Origin: Sphingomonadales bacterium
Lineage (GTDB): Bacteria > Pseudomonadota > Alphaproteobacteria > Sphingomonadales > Sphingomonadaceae
Length of the DNA stretch: 57,546 nt
Assembly (NCBI GenBank): GCA_027490455.1
Contig: JAIXYC010000042.1
Span: 1 to 57,546 of the forward strand
Reading direction: 5' to 3'
Shown: in pieces, positions 42,671-51,098 of the stretch
Layout of the letters: each line of letters begins with the position of its first letter
Numbering within the stretch: the stretch's first letter is position 1
The notes under the pieces: model-generated
Databases searched by the model: none
The model's input: only the letters and a program-made list of their open reading frames with translations
Told to the model about the DNA's origin: nothing
Translations under genes and position numbers: made by a program

Positions 42671-43083
42671 CAACCCTTTTTCGTGATGCGGGTGATTTCC
42701 CGCTCAACCATCGCTTCGACGATTGGCGGCAAATGGGTATCGAGCCAATCTTTCAGCATGGGACGCAGCAATTCGCGGGTTAGACCCTCAAGCGAAGTTT
42801 CCCCTGACCGAACGATTTGCGGCGCTACGCCGGGTTCAGAGAGGGTTTGCAGCGCTGAAAAGCTATGGCGCAGGTTTTTCGCTTTGCCATCGTCCAGCAA
42901 GCGATCTTCGGAAATCGCATTTTCTTCGGCTGTCGTGAGCTCGAGGACTTCTTCTTGCTCTTCTTCACGCGCAGCAGACTTGGCGCGTTTGGTCGCTGGG
43001 CGGCTGCGGTCGTCGTCGGCGATAATGCGCTTAATCGACGACAATATTTCGTCCATTGACGGTTCGCTGCGATTGTCTGTCAT
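42670..43083 (-). CDS. popZ: polar organizing protein PopZ (DUF2497)
   Basis: N-helix EPSMDEILSSIKRII and C-terminal LRPMLKDWLDTHLPPIVE. Lies downstream of tolC. Confidence 0.92.
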   Translation of the reverse strand: MTDNRSEPSMDEILSSIKRIIADDDRSRPATKRAKSAAREEEQEEVLELTTAEENAISEDRLLDDGKAKNLRHSFSALQTLSEPGVAPQIVRSGETSLEGLTRELLRPMLKDWLDTHLPPIVEAMVEREITRITKKG

Positions 43084-43106
43084 AAAATTTGTCCCGCTGC
43101 GTTGGA

Positions 43107-44573
43107 TTAGCGCGATTTTCCGCCCGTAGAAATCGGTTCTATTTCTGCTTTTTGCGCCTGCGTGTCAACGGTGCGGGTCGATTTCGCGACGGGATCATGC
43201 TGCGAAGACCAGTCGTTCCAAGCGCCATCAACCTTTTGATATTCCGCCACAGGATCGTACAAAGTTCCGCTTTCGAGACCCAAATCACGTGCCTCTGCCT
43301 TGCCCATGGCCGCAAGCAAACTGAAGCCAGCGACATAGGCATTGCGGCGTGCCGCAACGAGCTGAACTTTGCTGTTCAACAATTCCTGTTCGGCATTCAA
43401 AATGTCGAGGATCGTCCGGTTGCCCACGCTGTTCTCGGCACGCGTGCCTTCTAACGACAATTCGTTTGCCGACACCGCACGTTCCGAGGCGGCGATGACA
43501 TCAAGCGCAGCTTTCCAGCTGGCGTAGGACGCCCGTGTCTGTGCAATCGCTTCGCGCTCAGCCGCAATTTCAAGCTCCTGTGCCTGACCAAGGCGCGCCT
43601 GCGCCTGACGAATTTGCGCCGCAGGTTGACCACCTTGATACAAAGGCAAAGTTGCGCGAACGCCCGCTTGTGCATTCAGCGAACTATTGTCTGCCTGAAA
43701 CCCTGGAATATTCGACGAGATGGAACGCAGGGCATTGCTGTACGATGGCGACGTAAATACGCTGATCGTGGGAAGGCGTGATGCATTGGCCGCACGGCGG
43801 TCAAACCGCGCCGCTTCACGCGACTCGCGTGCCGCAATAAGGTCGGGGTTGTTTTCTAACGCAACGCTTACCGCGCTGTCGGGGGTGGCGGGCAAATTGG
43901 GCAGCGGCGGGGGCGCCTGCAATTCTCCGGGCTCGCGGCCGACCAGTTGGATGTAGATTTCTTTTGAACGAATAAGGTTGGCGCGGGCCGTTTCCAAATT
44001 GCTCGTTGCCAATGCCAGACGTGCTTCGGATTGGGCGACATCGGTTCGGGTAAGATCACCGATTTCGAACCGGTCGCGCGTGGCGTCCAGATTGACCGAG
44101 AGCACGCCAACTTGAGCGCGGTTCAGGTCAACAATCGATTCGTCGCGAATGACGTCCATATATGCGCCAACCACGGCCGAGAAAATGGCGCTTTCGGTGC
44201 CACGCAAATTGGCAATTCCTGCCTCGACACGATTTTCAGCAGCGCGCACGGCGTTTCTAATACCACCACCGGCATAAAGCGGCGCGGAAATGGTTCCGCT
44301 GATGCTGACGCCACGCGCTTGCACAACCGATGCGCCGCTGTCCTGAAGCACATTTTCGACATAGGTCGGCTGAACTGTGATATCCGGGCGGCCATTGGCC
44401 TTCGCCAGCGGCACAGCTTCGTTTGTCGCACGCTGCCCGGCGCGCGCTGCGGTCAGGTTCGGGTTGGTTTCATAGGCCGAGACGAGCGCATCGCGGAGCG
44501 TGTCCGCCATCGCCGGTGCTGAACAGGCTGCCGACGCGAGCAAGGCAAGCGTGATAAAATGACGCGGGCTCAA
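43107..44573 (-). CDS. tolC: TolC family outer membrane channel
   Basis: Signal peptide, RFEIGDLTRTDVAQ and VGNRTILDILNAEQE. Confidence 0.92.
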   Translation of the reverse strand: MSPRHFITLALLASAACSAPAMADTLRDALVSAYETNPNLTAARAGQRATNEAVPLAKANGRPDITVQPTYVENVLQDSGASVVQARGVSISGTISAPLYAGGGIRNAVRAAENRVEAGIANLRGTESAIFSAVVGAYMDVIRDESIVDLNRAQVGVLSVNLDATRDRFEIGDLTRTDVAQSEARLALATSNLETARANLIRSKEIYIQLVGREPGELQAPPPLPNLPATPDSAVSVALENNPDLIAARESREAARFDRRAANASRLPTISVFTSPSYSNALRSISSNIPGFQADNSSLNAQAGVRATLPLYQGGQPAAQIRQAQARLGQAQELEIAAEREAIAQTRASYASWKAALDVIAASERAVSANELSLEGTRAENSVGNRTILDILNAEQELLNSKVQLVAARRNAYVAGFSLLAAMGKAEARDLGLESGTLYDPVAEYQKVDGAWNDWSSQHDPVAKSTRTVDTQAQKAEIEPISTGGKSR

Positions 44574-45154
44574 AACACAAACTCCGGCTTGCGGGCAAAT
44601 GCGGCTAAAGGCGCGATCTCGCTATCCGCGATTGATTTCAATGCAACATTCCCGTTCTGCACATATCCTTTTGCGAGGCGCGTAACGGCGCCCTCAACAA
44701 TGCCAGTGACCAACCGCGCACCATCTGCGGCGAGCGAAAAGAGCGCATCTGGCAGTTCTTCAGCGGCGCCATCGATAATGATGCAGGTATAAGGTGCGTT
44801 GGCGCTGGCTGCGCCGAGATTGTCGGCGGCTGTCGTGGTCACATGCGCGCTACGTGTTTTCAATATCGCAGCGACATATCCATTGGCTTGGCCAATCAGC
44901 AGGACATTGTCGTCCGCCCCCACGTCAGCAGCCTGCAACAACAATGCAGTTGAAACTGGCGGATTTAACGTCTCGCCATTTTCCAAATCCAGCGAGCGAT
45001 CCATATAGGCCGTCATCTGGTGCGAAACGGGGACATAATCTTCGCGTGCGATGCTGCCCATTGCGGTAAGCACCCAGCTTTCGGTTACACCGCTTGTACG
45101 CAGCTGGCTGTCCACCATTGAACGCCGCATATCTTCAAATTTACCTGATTCCAT
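44570..45154 (-). CDS. pcm: protein-L-isoaspartate O-methyltransferase homolog (degenerate SAM motif)
   Basis: RRSMVDSQLRT, REDYVP, AYMD, APYTCIIIDGA and C-terminal FVF. Lies in the pcm-tolC-popZ order. Confidence 0.8.
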   Translation of the reverse strand: MESGKFEDMRRSMVDSQLRTSGVTESWVLTAMGSIAREDYVPVSHQMTAYMDRSLDLENGETLNPPVSTALLLQAADVGADDNVLLIGQANGYVAAILKTRSAHVTTTAADNLGAASANAPYTCIIIDGAAEELPDALFSLAADGARLVTGIVEGAVTRLAKGYVQNGNVALKSIADSEIAPLAAFARKPEFVF

Positions 45155-45192
45155 AGGAATATTTCCATTAACCTGTTGGCCATGTGGCACAA

Positions 45193-45214
45193 CTGTATTG
45201 CAAACACAATACAG
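45193..45214. promoter_or_regulatory. perfect palindrome, candidate repressor operator of pcm-tolC
   Basis: CTGTATTG-caaaca-CAATACAG, ~40 nt upstream of the pcm start. Confidence 0.55.
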
Positions 45215-45427
45215 CCTCTCGGTCTGGTTCTAGCTACCCTAACCCGTCCCGCCAAGCGGGATTCAGACAAACGGCCTATTTCAGGATGCAAATAGCAACT
45301 TTTTCCATGGCTTGTGGCGCACATGGCACAGCATTCCAGATTGCCGGTTGCAATGAATTCTGCAAGCCGCTAAGTGCCCGCCTTCACCACATGGCGGCAT
45401 TGCTGATTAGGCAGGTTGTTGTTTAGG

Positions 45428-45501
45428 GGCCCGATGGCGGAGTGGTGACGCAGAGGACTGCAAATCCTTGCACGCCGGTTCGATTCCGGCTCGGGCCTCC
45501 A
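45428..45501 (+). tRNA. tRNA-Cys (GCA)
   Basis: Acceptor stem GGCCCGA/TCGGGCC, anticodon loop CTGCAAA, GGTTCGATTCC T-arm and encoded CCA. Confidence 0.97.
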
Positions 45502-45695
45502 TTTTCTTATATCACTTAACACGCAAAGCAGCATCATACTGCCGTTGGCGGTTGCGGCGGCGCTATACACTGCGCCGTCTAGGTCCGTTCTCATTCGACT
45601 TGTTGGCCACGGAACCCAATTTTCACGATGCTTCCGCGGCCATGCTTGATGTTCAAGCCTATGGACTTTCAGCAAAATTGTGCGAAGCTTTGCCC

Positions 45696-46979
45696 ATGAG
45701 CTTCACTGAACATCCGCTGCGCCGATGGGCTGTCGATGAAATGCGGTTGCGTCGTTTCGCACCCGTCAGTCCGCATTGCGAAATTTATCAGGTCGTCCGC
45801 CTGATTGAACCAGAAGAACGCAATAGTGAGGACCGCTGGCTGCTCAACGCGCGACCTGATTTCGATGATTGGACGCTCGCTGCGCGCCATGGTTCTGGTC
45901 ACACGAATGCGGGTATTCACTTCTTGTGGGAACGCCATACCGAAGCGAGTACGCTGACCCTGATATTCCCGAATGAAACGCCCGAAAATGTCCGCCACAA
46001 TTATATTCAATGGCTGGAAAATTGGCCGGGCGGTGTCGTTCGCGCGACACAAATCCGCGTGGTTCCCGACGCTTCGAACCTTGATGCAGATTTGTTCGCA
46101 CTGGGTATCTCGACCGATGAAATGGTCTGCTGCGACATTAATTCCGCTATTCGTCTTTGGTCCGATTTTAGTATCCACGACGATGGCTATGGTCGGCTGC
46201 TGATAACCGCCGGCGATGTTGGCGACGGAGAGCGCGGGCGCATCGTTCAGCGCGTTCAGGAATTGGGCAACTACAGAAACCTAGCCTTGTTGGGCTTCCC
46301 CGTTGTGCAGCATTATGGCCCGCAACTTGACCAGCTGGAACATCGCTTGTCCGACCATGCGCGACGCGTCGCATCGGCAGATGATGATGACGATGTTTTG
46401 CTCAATGATCTCGCAGGCATTTCTTCAGAACTTGAACTGATCCGTTCGGCCACCGGTTTTCGTCTCAGCGCTACAGCAGCTTATGCTGAGGTTGCAGCGG
46501 ATCGGTTGGCGGCCCTCGATGTACGCCCGATTTTGAACTTCCAAAGTCTGACCGATTTCACCGAACGACGCCTGGTCCCTGCATCGCGTACTTGTTCTGT
46601 GTTTCGGCAACGCCTCAACGACCTTGCCGATCGCATATCCAACGTCATGCATACGCTGGATGTGCGCATCGATAGCCGGATAAAGGCACAGAATCTTGGT
46701 CTCATGCGCTCAATGGAACGGTCGACACAGCTTCAGTTGCGCCTTCAAACCCTGGTTGAAGGATTGTCGGTTATTGCGGCGGCTTACTATCTCGTTGGCA
46801 TCATCGCTTATATAACAAAGGGTGGGGCAGCCGCGCTCAAAGGTGGTGCGCCAACCGATATGATTATTGGCGCAGTAACCATCCCTGTAGTGATGCTGAT
46901 CTACCTTTTTGTGAGCCGTTTGCGGCACAAGGTATTGAAGGAAACCGGCGACGAGAATACCCGTGTTGAAAAACTTTGA
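45696..46979 (+). CDS. DUF3422 family membrane-anchored protein
   Basis: HPLR, WERHTEAST, GRIVQRVQELGNYR and QLRLQTLVEGLSVIA, with two C-terminal TMs. ATG at 45696. Confidence 0.85.
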   Translation: MSFTEHPLRRWAVDEMRLRRFAPVSPHCEIYQVVRLIEPEERNSEDRWLLNARPDFDDWTLAARHGSGHTNAGIHFLWERHTEASTLTLIFPNETPENVRHNYIQWLENWPGGVVRATQIRVVPDASNLDADLFALGISTDEMVCCDINSAIRLWSDFSIHDDGYGRLLITAGDVGDGERGRIVQRVQELGNYRNLALLGFPVVQHYGPQLDQLEHRLSDHARRVASADDDDDVLLNDLAGISSELELIRSATGFRLSATAAYAEVAADRLAALDVRPILNFQSLTDFTERRLVPASRTCSVFRQRLNDLADRISNVMHTLDVRIDSRIKAQNLGLMRSMERSTQLQLRLQTLVEGLSVIAAAYYLVGIIAYITKGGAAALKGGAPTDMIIGAVTIPVVMLIYLFVSRLRHKVLKETGDENTRVEKL

Positions 46980-47088
46980 TATGCCTATCTAAAATGCATA
47001 AGCATCAAGAATTGCATAATAACCGGTAAAAAGATGACACTCACCATTGCCGCACTTTGCGTTGCGTGAAGGTTCACAAAGAAAGACT

Positions 47089-47562
47089 ATGATTATGGCA
47101 AGAGCGATGGGTGGATTACTGGTTTTGTGTGCATTGGCCTCTGCTTGCTCTGATGTTTCGGAAAGCCAAACGGATCAGGTTGCGCCTGCGCCAAAGCCGG
47201 CGGCAATAGCAGCATCAGACGTGACGACTCTCGACGGTACTGCGATAGCCAGCTTCACCGGAAACGCTGTGAACGGCAAGGCCGTGTTTGCCCAATGCCG
47301 TGCGTGCCACGTAACGGATGCAGGCGTAAACATGTCGGGCCCCTCGTTACACTATATCGTGGGCCGCATGTCTGGAACAGTGCCTGGCTATAATTATTCG
47401 GCCGCAAATGCTGGGGCCAAATTTGTGTGGACGAAAGAAAAGCTGTTTCAACATCTGGAAAAGCCGCAGCGCGTAATCCCGGGCACAAAAATGATGTTCT
47501 CAGGCATACAGGACGCCCAGAAGCGCGCCGATGTTATCGCTTATCTTGAAACGCCGAGCTGA
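47089..47562 (+). CDS. class I cytochrome c (c2-like), probable lipoprotein
   Basis: CRACH heme motif, GPSL, PGTKM distal Met and lipobox LASAC. Start is 47089 or 47095. Confidence 0.92.
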   Translation: MIMARAMGGLLVLCALASACSDVSESQTDQVAPAPKPAAIAASDVTTLDGTAIASFTGNAVNGKAVFAQCRACHVTDAGVNMSGPSLHYIVGRMSGTVPGYNYSAANAGAKFVWTKEKLFQHLEKPQRVIPGTKMMFSGIQDAQKRADVIAYLETPS

Positions 47563-47603
47563 TATTTTATCGCACGAAAGCAGCTGCAGTTATCTTTCAG
47601 TCC

Positions 47604-47839
47604 CTATGGCGCATTGTGATTTTTATAGGTCATAAGATGCTCAAGGATGAAATGCGGCACCGTCAGCGTTGATATCAGAATGAACGCTGACCGGACGATG
47701 CCCATGTCTGAAGGAACATCGCCTTGGTACAGGAACATCAATACGCCTAACCCCAATGAAAGCGCGGACACGGCGGCCACAATGGATGCCTTTTTCAATT
47801 TAGACAGGTCACCCGTTTCGCGCAGCGCGTCCGCCATAT
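47604..47839 (-). pseudogene. blh: 3' remnant of a Brp/Blh beta-carotene 15,15'-dioxygenase
   Basis: MADALRE, then two TM helices, then RSAFILISTLTVPHFILE, matching the Blh C-terminal LTxPH motif. The upstream frame is only the antisense of phyR. Confidence 0.65.
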
Positions 47840-47840
47840 A

Positions 47841-48311
47841 GTGGCCACAATATTGGGCATTTCGGAATTCGACGTAAACAGCCATGTTGTCGCTGCCCGA
47901 AGCGCCATCGAAGATGCGCTTTGTGCGCGCGTACTCATTATTGAAGATGAAACGATCATTGCATTGCATATCAAACAGATCGTCGAAAAGCTGGGGCATG
48001 AAGCGATCGCAATCGTCCGGACACGCGCGGAAGCAGTTGCAATGGCCCGCGATGAACGGCCTGAACTGATTTTGGCTGACATCAGCCTTGCGGACGGCTC
48101 AAGCGGTATCGATGCCGTAAAGGATATTCTGGCCGAACAGACCGTGCCAGTGATCTTCATCACAGCGTTCCCGGAAAGGCTACTAACGGGCGAGCGTCCA
48201 GAGCCGACATATCTGATTACAAAGCCGTTTGAGCCCGCGACAGTCATTGCAACCATCGGCCAGGCGCTGCTGATGCATCGTGAAATCGATATAAATTCCG
48301 AAGCCGCATAG
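47841..48311 (+). pseudogene. phyR: 5'-truncated PhyR (end of sigma-like domain plus intact receiver domain)
   Basis: VLIIEDETIIA, ILADISLADGSSG and the diagnostic FITAFPERLLTGERPEPTYLITKPF. Most of the ECF-like domain is missing and there is no RBS. Confidence 0.8.
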
Positions 48312-48318
48312 TTTTTCG

Positions 48319-48343
48319 GGAACAAAGTTTTTTGATCGACGTT
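48319..48343 (+). promoter_or_regulatory. EcfG/sigmaT-type general stress promoter
   Basis: GGAAC (48319-48323)-N16-CGTT (48340-48343), matching the alphaproteobacterial GSR consensus. Confidence 0.75.
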
Positions 48344-48349
48344 TGCTTG

Positions 48350-48469
48350 ATCTGAACCACATAATCGCGAGCGTTGGCTTGCGAAAAGCAGTTTACCCAG
48401 CTGGTCTCCTCCCCCCCCATTGGACCAGCACCCTAAACACCCCGGCTTATGGCTGGGGTGTTTTTCTTT
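48350..48469 (+). ncRNA. candidate ~120-nt sRNA with C-rich loop (GsrN/cuckoo-like architecture)
   Basis: Hairpin 48365-48384, then a GCTGGTC/GACCAGC stem with loop TCCTCCCCCCCCATTG, then a terminator hairpin. It follows the EcfG-type promoter. Confidence 0.65.
48435..48469 (+). terminator. intrinsic terminator of the sRNA candidate
   Basis: CACCCCGGC-TTATG-GCTGGGGTG followed by TTTTTCTTT. Confidence 0.8.
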
Positions 48470-48572
48470 GTGCAGACGACATGCGAGATAAAGTCATCGT
48501 TACCGCTGGCTTAGCTTGCGCGCGTGCCGTTCTTTCGCCCGGTCAGTGGTTTAATCTGTTCGGCAAGGCGGC

Positions 48573-49436
48573 TTATGTCGCGGGTATCAAGAGCTTTGGA
48601 TCAATGCGCGCATTGTTCCATTTCATGCCCCAATGCAGATGCGGGCCGCTTGCACGTCCGGTCGCGCCAACACGCCCGATGACTTGCCCCTGCTTCACAT
48701 GGTCGCCTTCTTTTACAAGAAGTTCGGAGCAGTGTAAAAATGCGCTGTTCAAGCCCATGCCATGATCAATCATCAGCAAATGCCCCTCCAGCGTGAAGGC
48801 ATCCGTGGCCGCAAGCGTGACGACACCGTCCGCCGGCGCGACAAAATTTGTCCCATTTGGCGCGGCAATGTCCATGCCGCTATGGTAGCTGCCGGGCGTC
48901 CCGTTATAGATACGCTGCGCGCCAAATAGGCCCGACGTCCGGCCAGCCACTGGGCGAATAAATGCCTGCCGCCAACCATTGCCAAAAGTGGTTTTGGCGC
49001 GGGCGGCATTTATGCGGTCGAGCTCGGCGCCGCGTCTTGCCGCAAACTCTGCGGTTGTTTTTGCGCCGCCCGTCGGGTTGGCAGACACTTTCTCAATACG
49101 CCAGTTGCCCGGTGTTACCGCCAAAGTGCGATCCAGCGTCCGGCCATCGGCGAATGTCGCGGTCAGGATCGCGCTGTTTTCGGCATCGCGGTCAAAACCC
49201 ATCAGGAAAAAGCCTTCGGGTGTCAGCGGCAACGCGACGCCGTTAAGCGTGACGAACCGTGCACCGCGCGGCGCACGCGCGATGACGAGACCCCCTTGTA
49301 CCGCTGGCATAGACATCCAGAAATCTGTGAGGGCAACTGACTGTTGCGTATTTGCGGGTGGTGCTGCCCCTACGCTTAATAGCTGCGCGGCGATCCCCGC
49401 GAACGCGGCTAAGAAAATCCAGCCCGAACGCTGCAA
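48573..49436 (-). CDS. M23 family metallopeptidase
   Basis: HSGMD, HCS and GPHLHW, with a signal peptide. Confidence 0.9.
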   Translation of the reverse strand: MQRSGWIFLAAFAGIAAQLLSVGAAPPANTQQSVALTDFWMSMPAVQGGLVIARAPRGARFVTLNGVALPLTPEGFFLMGFDRDAENSAILTATFADGRTLDRTLAVTPGNWRIEKVSANPTGGAKTTAEFAARRGAELDRINAARAKTTFGNGWRQAFIRPVAGRTSGLFGAQRIYNGTPGSYHSGMDIAAPNGTNFVAPADGVVTLAATDAFTLEGHLLMIDHGMGLNSAFLHCSELLVKEGDHVKQGQVIGRVGATGRASGPHLHWGMKWNNARIDPKLLIPAT

Positions 49437-49440
49437 TCCA

Positions 49441-49644
49441 TTAGCCCTTTTTCATCGTCGCGCGAACGGATGCATCCGCGCTGACATATGGCTCTTGTTT
49501 CACGACGCTCCAATAACGCAATTCTTCCAACGGAATGTGCTGCCCCGTTTCGGCGCACAGGACATGGTCGCCTGCGGTCAGCATACGAAAACTGTTTGCC
49601 ATATAATGCAGGCGGGCGACTTTGTTCTTGGAAGACATCAACAT
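49441..49644 (-). CDS. DUF2093 family protein
   Basis: GDHVLCAETGQHIPLEELRYWSV motif. Lies downstream of xseA. Confidence 0.85.
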   Translation of the reverse strand: MLMSSKNKVARLHYMANSFRMLTAGDHVLCAETGQHIPLEELRYWSVVKQEPYVSADASVRATMKKG

Positions 49645-49688
49645 ATCGGCATTATGGCGCAACGATACCGAATGGGCAATGCACGGCT

Positions 49689-51098
49689 TTACCCGTCAAA
49701 CAAATTGCCTTGATTGACAGCAGGTTTTGCTGGTTTCGCCGGGGACATTCGTGGTGCAGGTCCGCCACTAACTTGCCCGCCGACTTCGCCATCGACGAAC
49801 CGCAAGGTGACGTCACCCGCTTTCACGGCTGCTTCCCGCGTCATGATGGTTTTGCCATTCGCATCAGTCACGCGCGCAAAGCCGCGCTTAAGCGGCGCTT
49901 CGGGATGCAATGTGCTTACCAGCCGAGTCAACGCATCAAGGCGCTGCTGCCCTTGCTCGGCACGCCGGAGCAGGAGGCGGGGGTGCAGCATCATTGCGGG
50001 CGCTGAAAAAGCCACTTCAGCCTTGCCCACTCTGGTCCGAAGCGATTGGCGAAGCCGTTCGGACAGGTCGTCTGTGCGCTGCTGATGCGGGGCGGCAAGG
50101 TCTGACAGACGGGGCATCAGACGGCGCTGCGCCTCAAGCCGTTCGGCCGCAAGGTCGACTTTTTTGCGGACGATGTTGGACATGCGCAGCCCGAATTGTC
50201 CCACACGTTGCAGCAAATCGCTGCGCACGGGAACGGCAATCTCGGCCGCTGCAGTGGGCGTCGGCGCGCGCAAATCTGCGGCAAAGTCGCACAGCGTTGT
50301 ATCGGTTTCATGCCCGACTGCCGATATGATGGGTATGGTGCAATCCGCGACGGCACGGACGACGGCCTCATCATTAAACGCCCACAGGTCCTCAATAGAC
50401 CCACCGCCGCGCGCCACGATGACCAGGTCCGGGCGGCGCGCGGGGCCGTCTTGGGGCATTGCGGAAAATCCATTAACCGCACGCGCGATTTGGGCGGCGG
50501 CGCCTTCGCCTTGCACCAATACGGGCCAGACGATCACATGGCTTGGAAAGCGATCGGCAAGACGGTGCAGGATGTCGCGGATGACTGCGCCGGTGGGCGA
50601 GGTTACGACGCCAATTGTACGCGGCAGTGACGGCAGCTTTTTCTTGCGTTCCGGTGCAAATAAACCTTCGGCGGCGAGCCGCGCCTTTAGCTTTTCAAAC
50701 AAAAGCATCATCGCGCCTTCACCTGCGACTTCGAGACTTTCGACCACGATTTGATAGTTGGAACGGCCCGCATAAGTCGTCAATTTGCCCGTGGCGACAA
50801 CCTCCAGCCCGTCTTCAGGGGCGAAGGGCAGGCGCGCCGCCCCACCTTTCCACATGACGGCGTCCAGCCGCGCATTTTCGTCTTTCAGCGAGAAATAAAT
50901 ATGCCCCGACGCCGCGCGCTTAAAGCCCGAAATCTCCCCGCGCACGCGGACATGGCCGAAGCGATCCTCAACCGTGCGCTTCAACGCCAGCGATAACTCC
51001 GACACACTCATGGCCTGGGCATTGTCGCCGGGCCGCTCCTCGGCTAACAGGCGGGCAACTTGCGGGTCAGCATTTTCAAAGGGGTCATTTGCGGACAT
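49689..51098 (-). CDS. xseA: exodeoxyribonuclease VII large subunit
   Basis: [31 protein letters not shown] and SAVGHETD. Start inferred at ATG 51098. Confidence 0.95.
   Translation of the reverse strand: MSANDPFENADPQVARLLAEERPGDNAQAMSVSELSLALKRTVEDRFGHVRVRGEISGFKRAASGHIYFSLKDENARLDAVMWKGGAARLPFAPEDGLEVVATGKLTTYAGRSNYQIVVESLEVAGEGAMMLLFEKLKARLAAEGLFAPERKKKLPSLPRTIGVVTSPTGAVIRDILHRLADRFPSHVIVWPVLVQGEGAAAQIARAVNGFSAMPQDGPARRPDLVIVARGGGSIEDLWAFNDEAVVRAVADCTIPIISAVGHETDTTLCDFAADLRAPTPTAAAEIAVPVRSDLLQRVGQFGLRMSNIVRKKVDLAAERLEAQRRLMPRLSDLAAPHQQRTDDLSERLRQSLRTRVGKAEVAFSAPAMMLHPRLLLRRAEQGQQRLDALTRLVSTLHPEAPLKRGFARVTDANGKTIMTREAAVKAGDVTLRFVDGEVGGQVSGGPAPRMSPAKPAKPAVNQGNLFDG

Noticed and set aside
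45468-45695. 76-aa N-terminal extension of DUF3422 starting inside tRNA-Cys
   Set aside because: It overlaps the tRNA, and family similarity begins only at MSFTEHPLR (45696).
46975-47010. TTGAT...ATCAA upstream of the cytochrome c gene as an FNR/FixK box
   Set aside because: The half-sites are far more than 4 nt apart.
47840-47999. N-terminal part of the 131-aa minus ORF 47604-47999 as a genuine gene
   Set aside because: This part is simply the antisense of the phyR remnant. Only the last ~78 codons look protein-like.
45480-48572. Prophage or integrative element at tRNA-Cys
   Set aside because: No integrase, phage gene or attR duplicate of the tRNA 3' end was found by eye.
48343-48765. 140-aa plus-strand ORF after phyR
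   Set aside because: It runs through a strong terminator and antisense into the M23 gene and has no RBS. The sRNA interpretation fits better.
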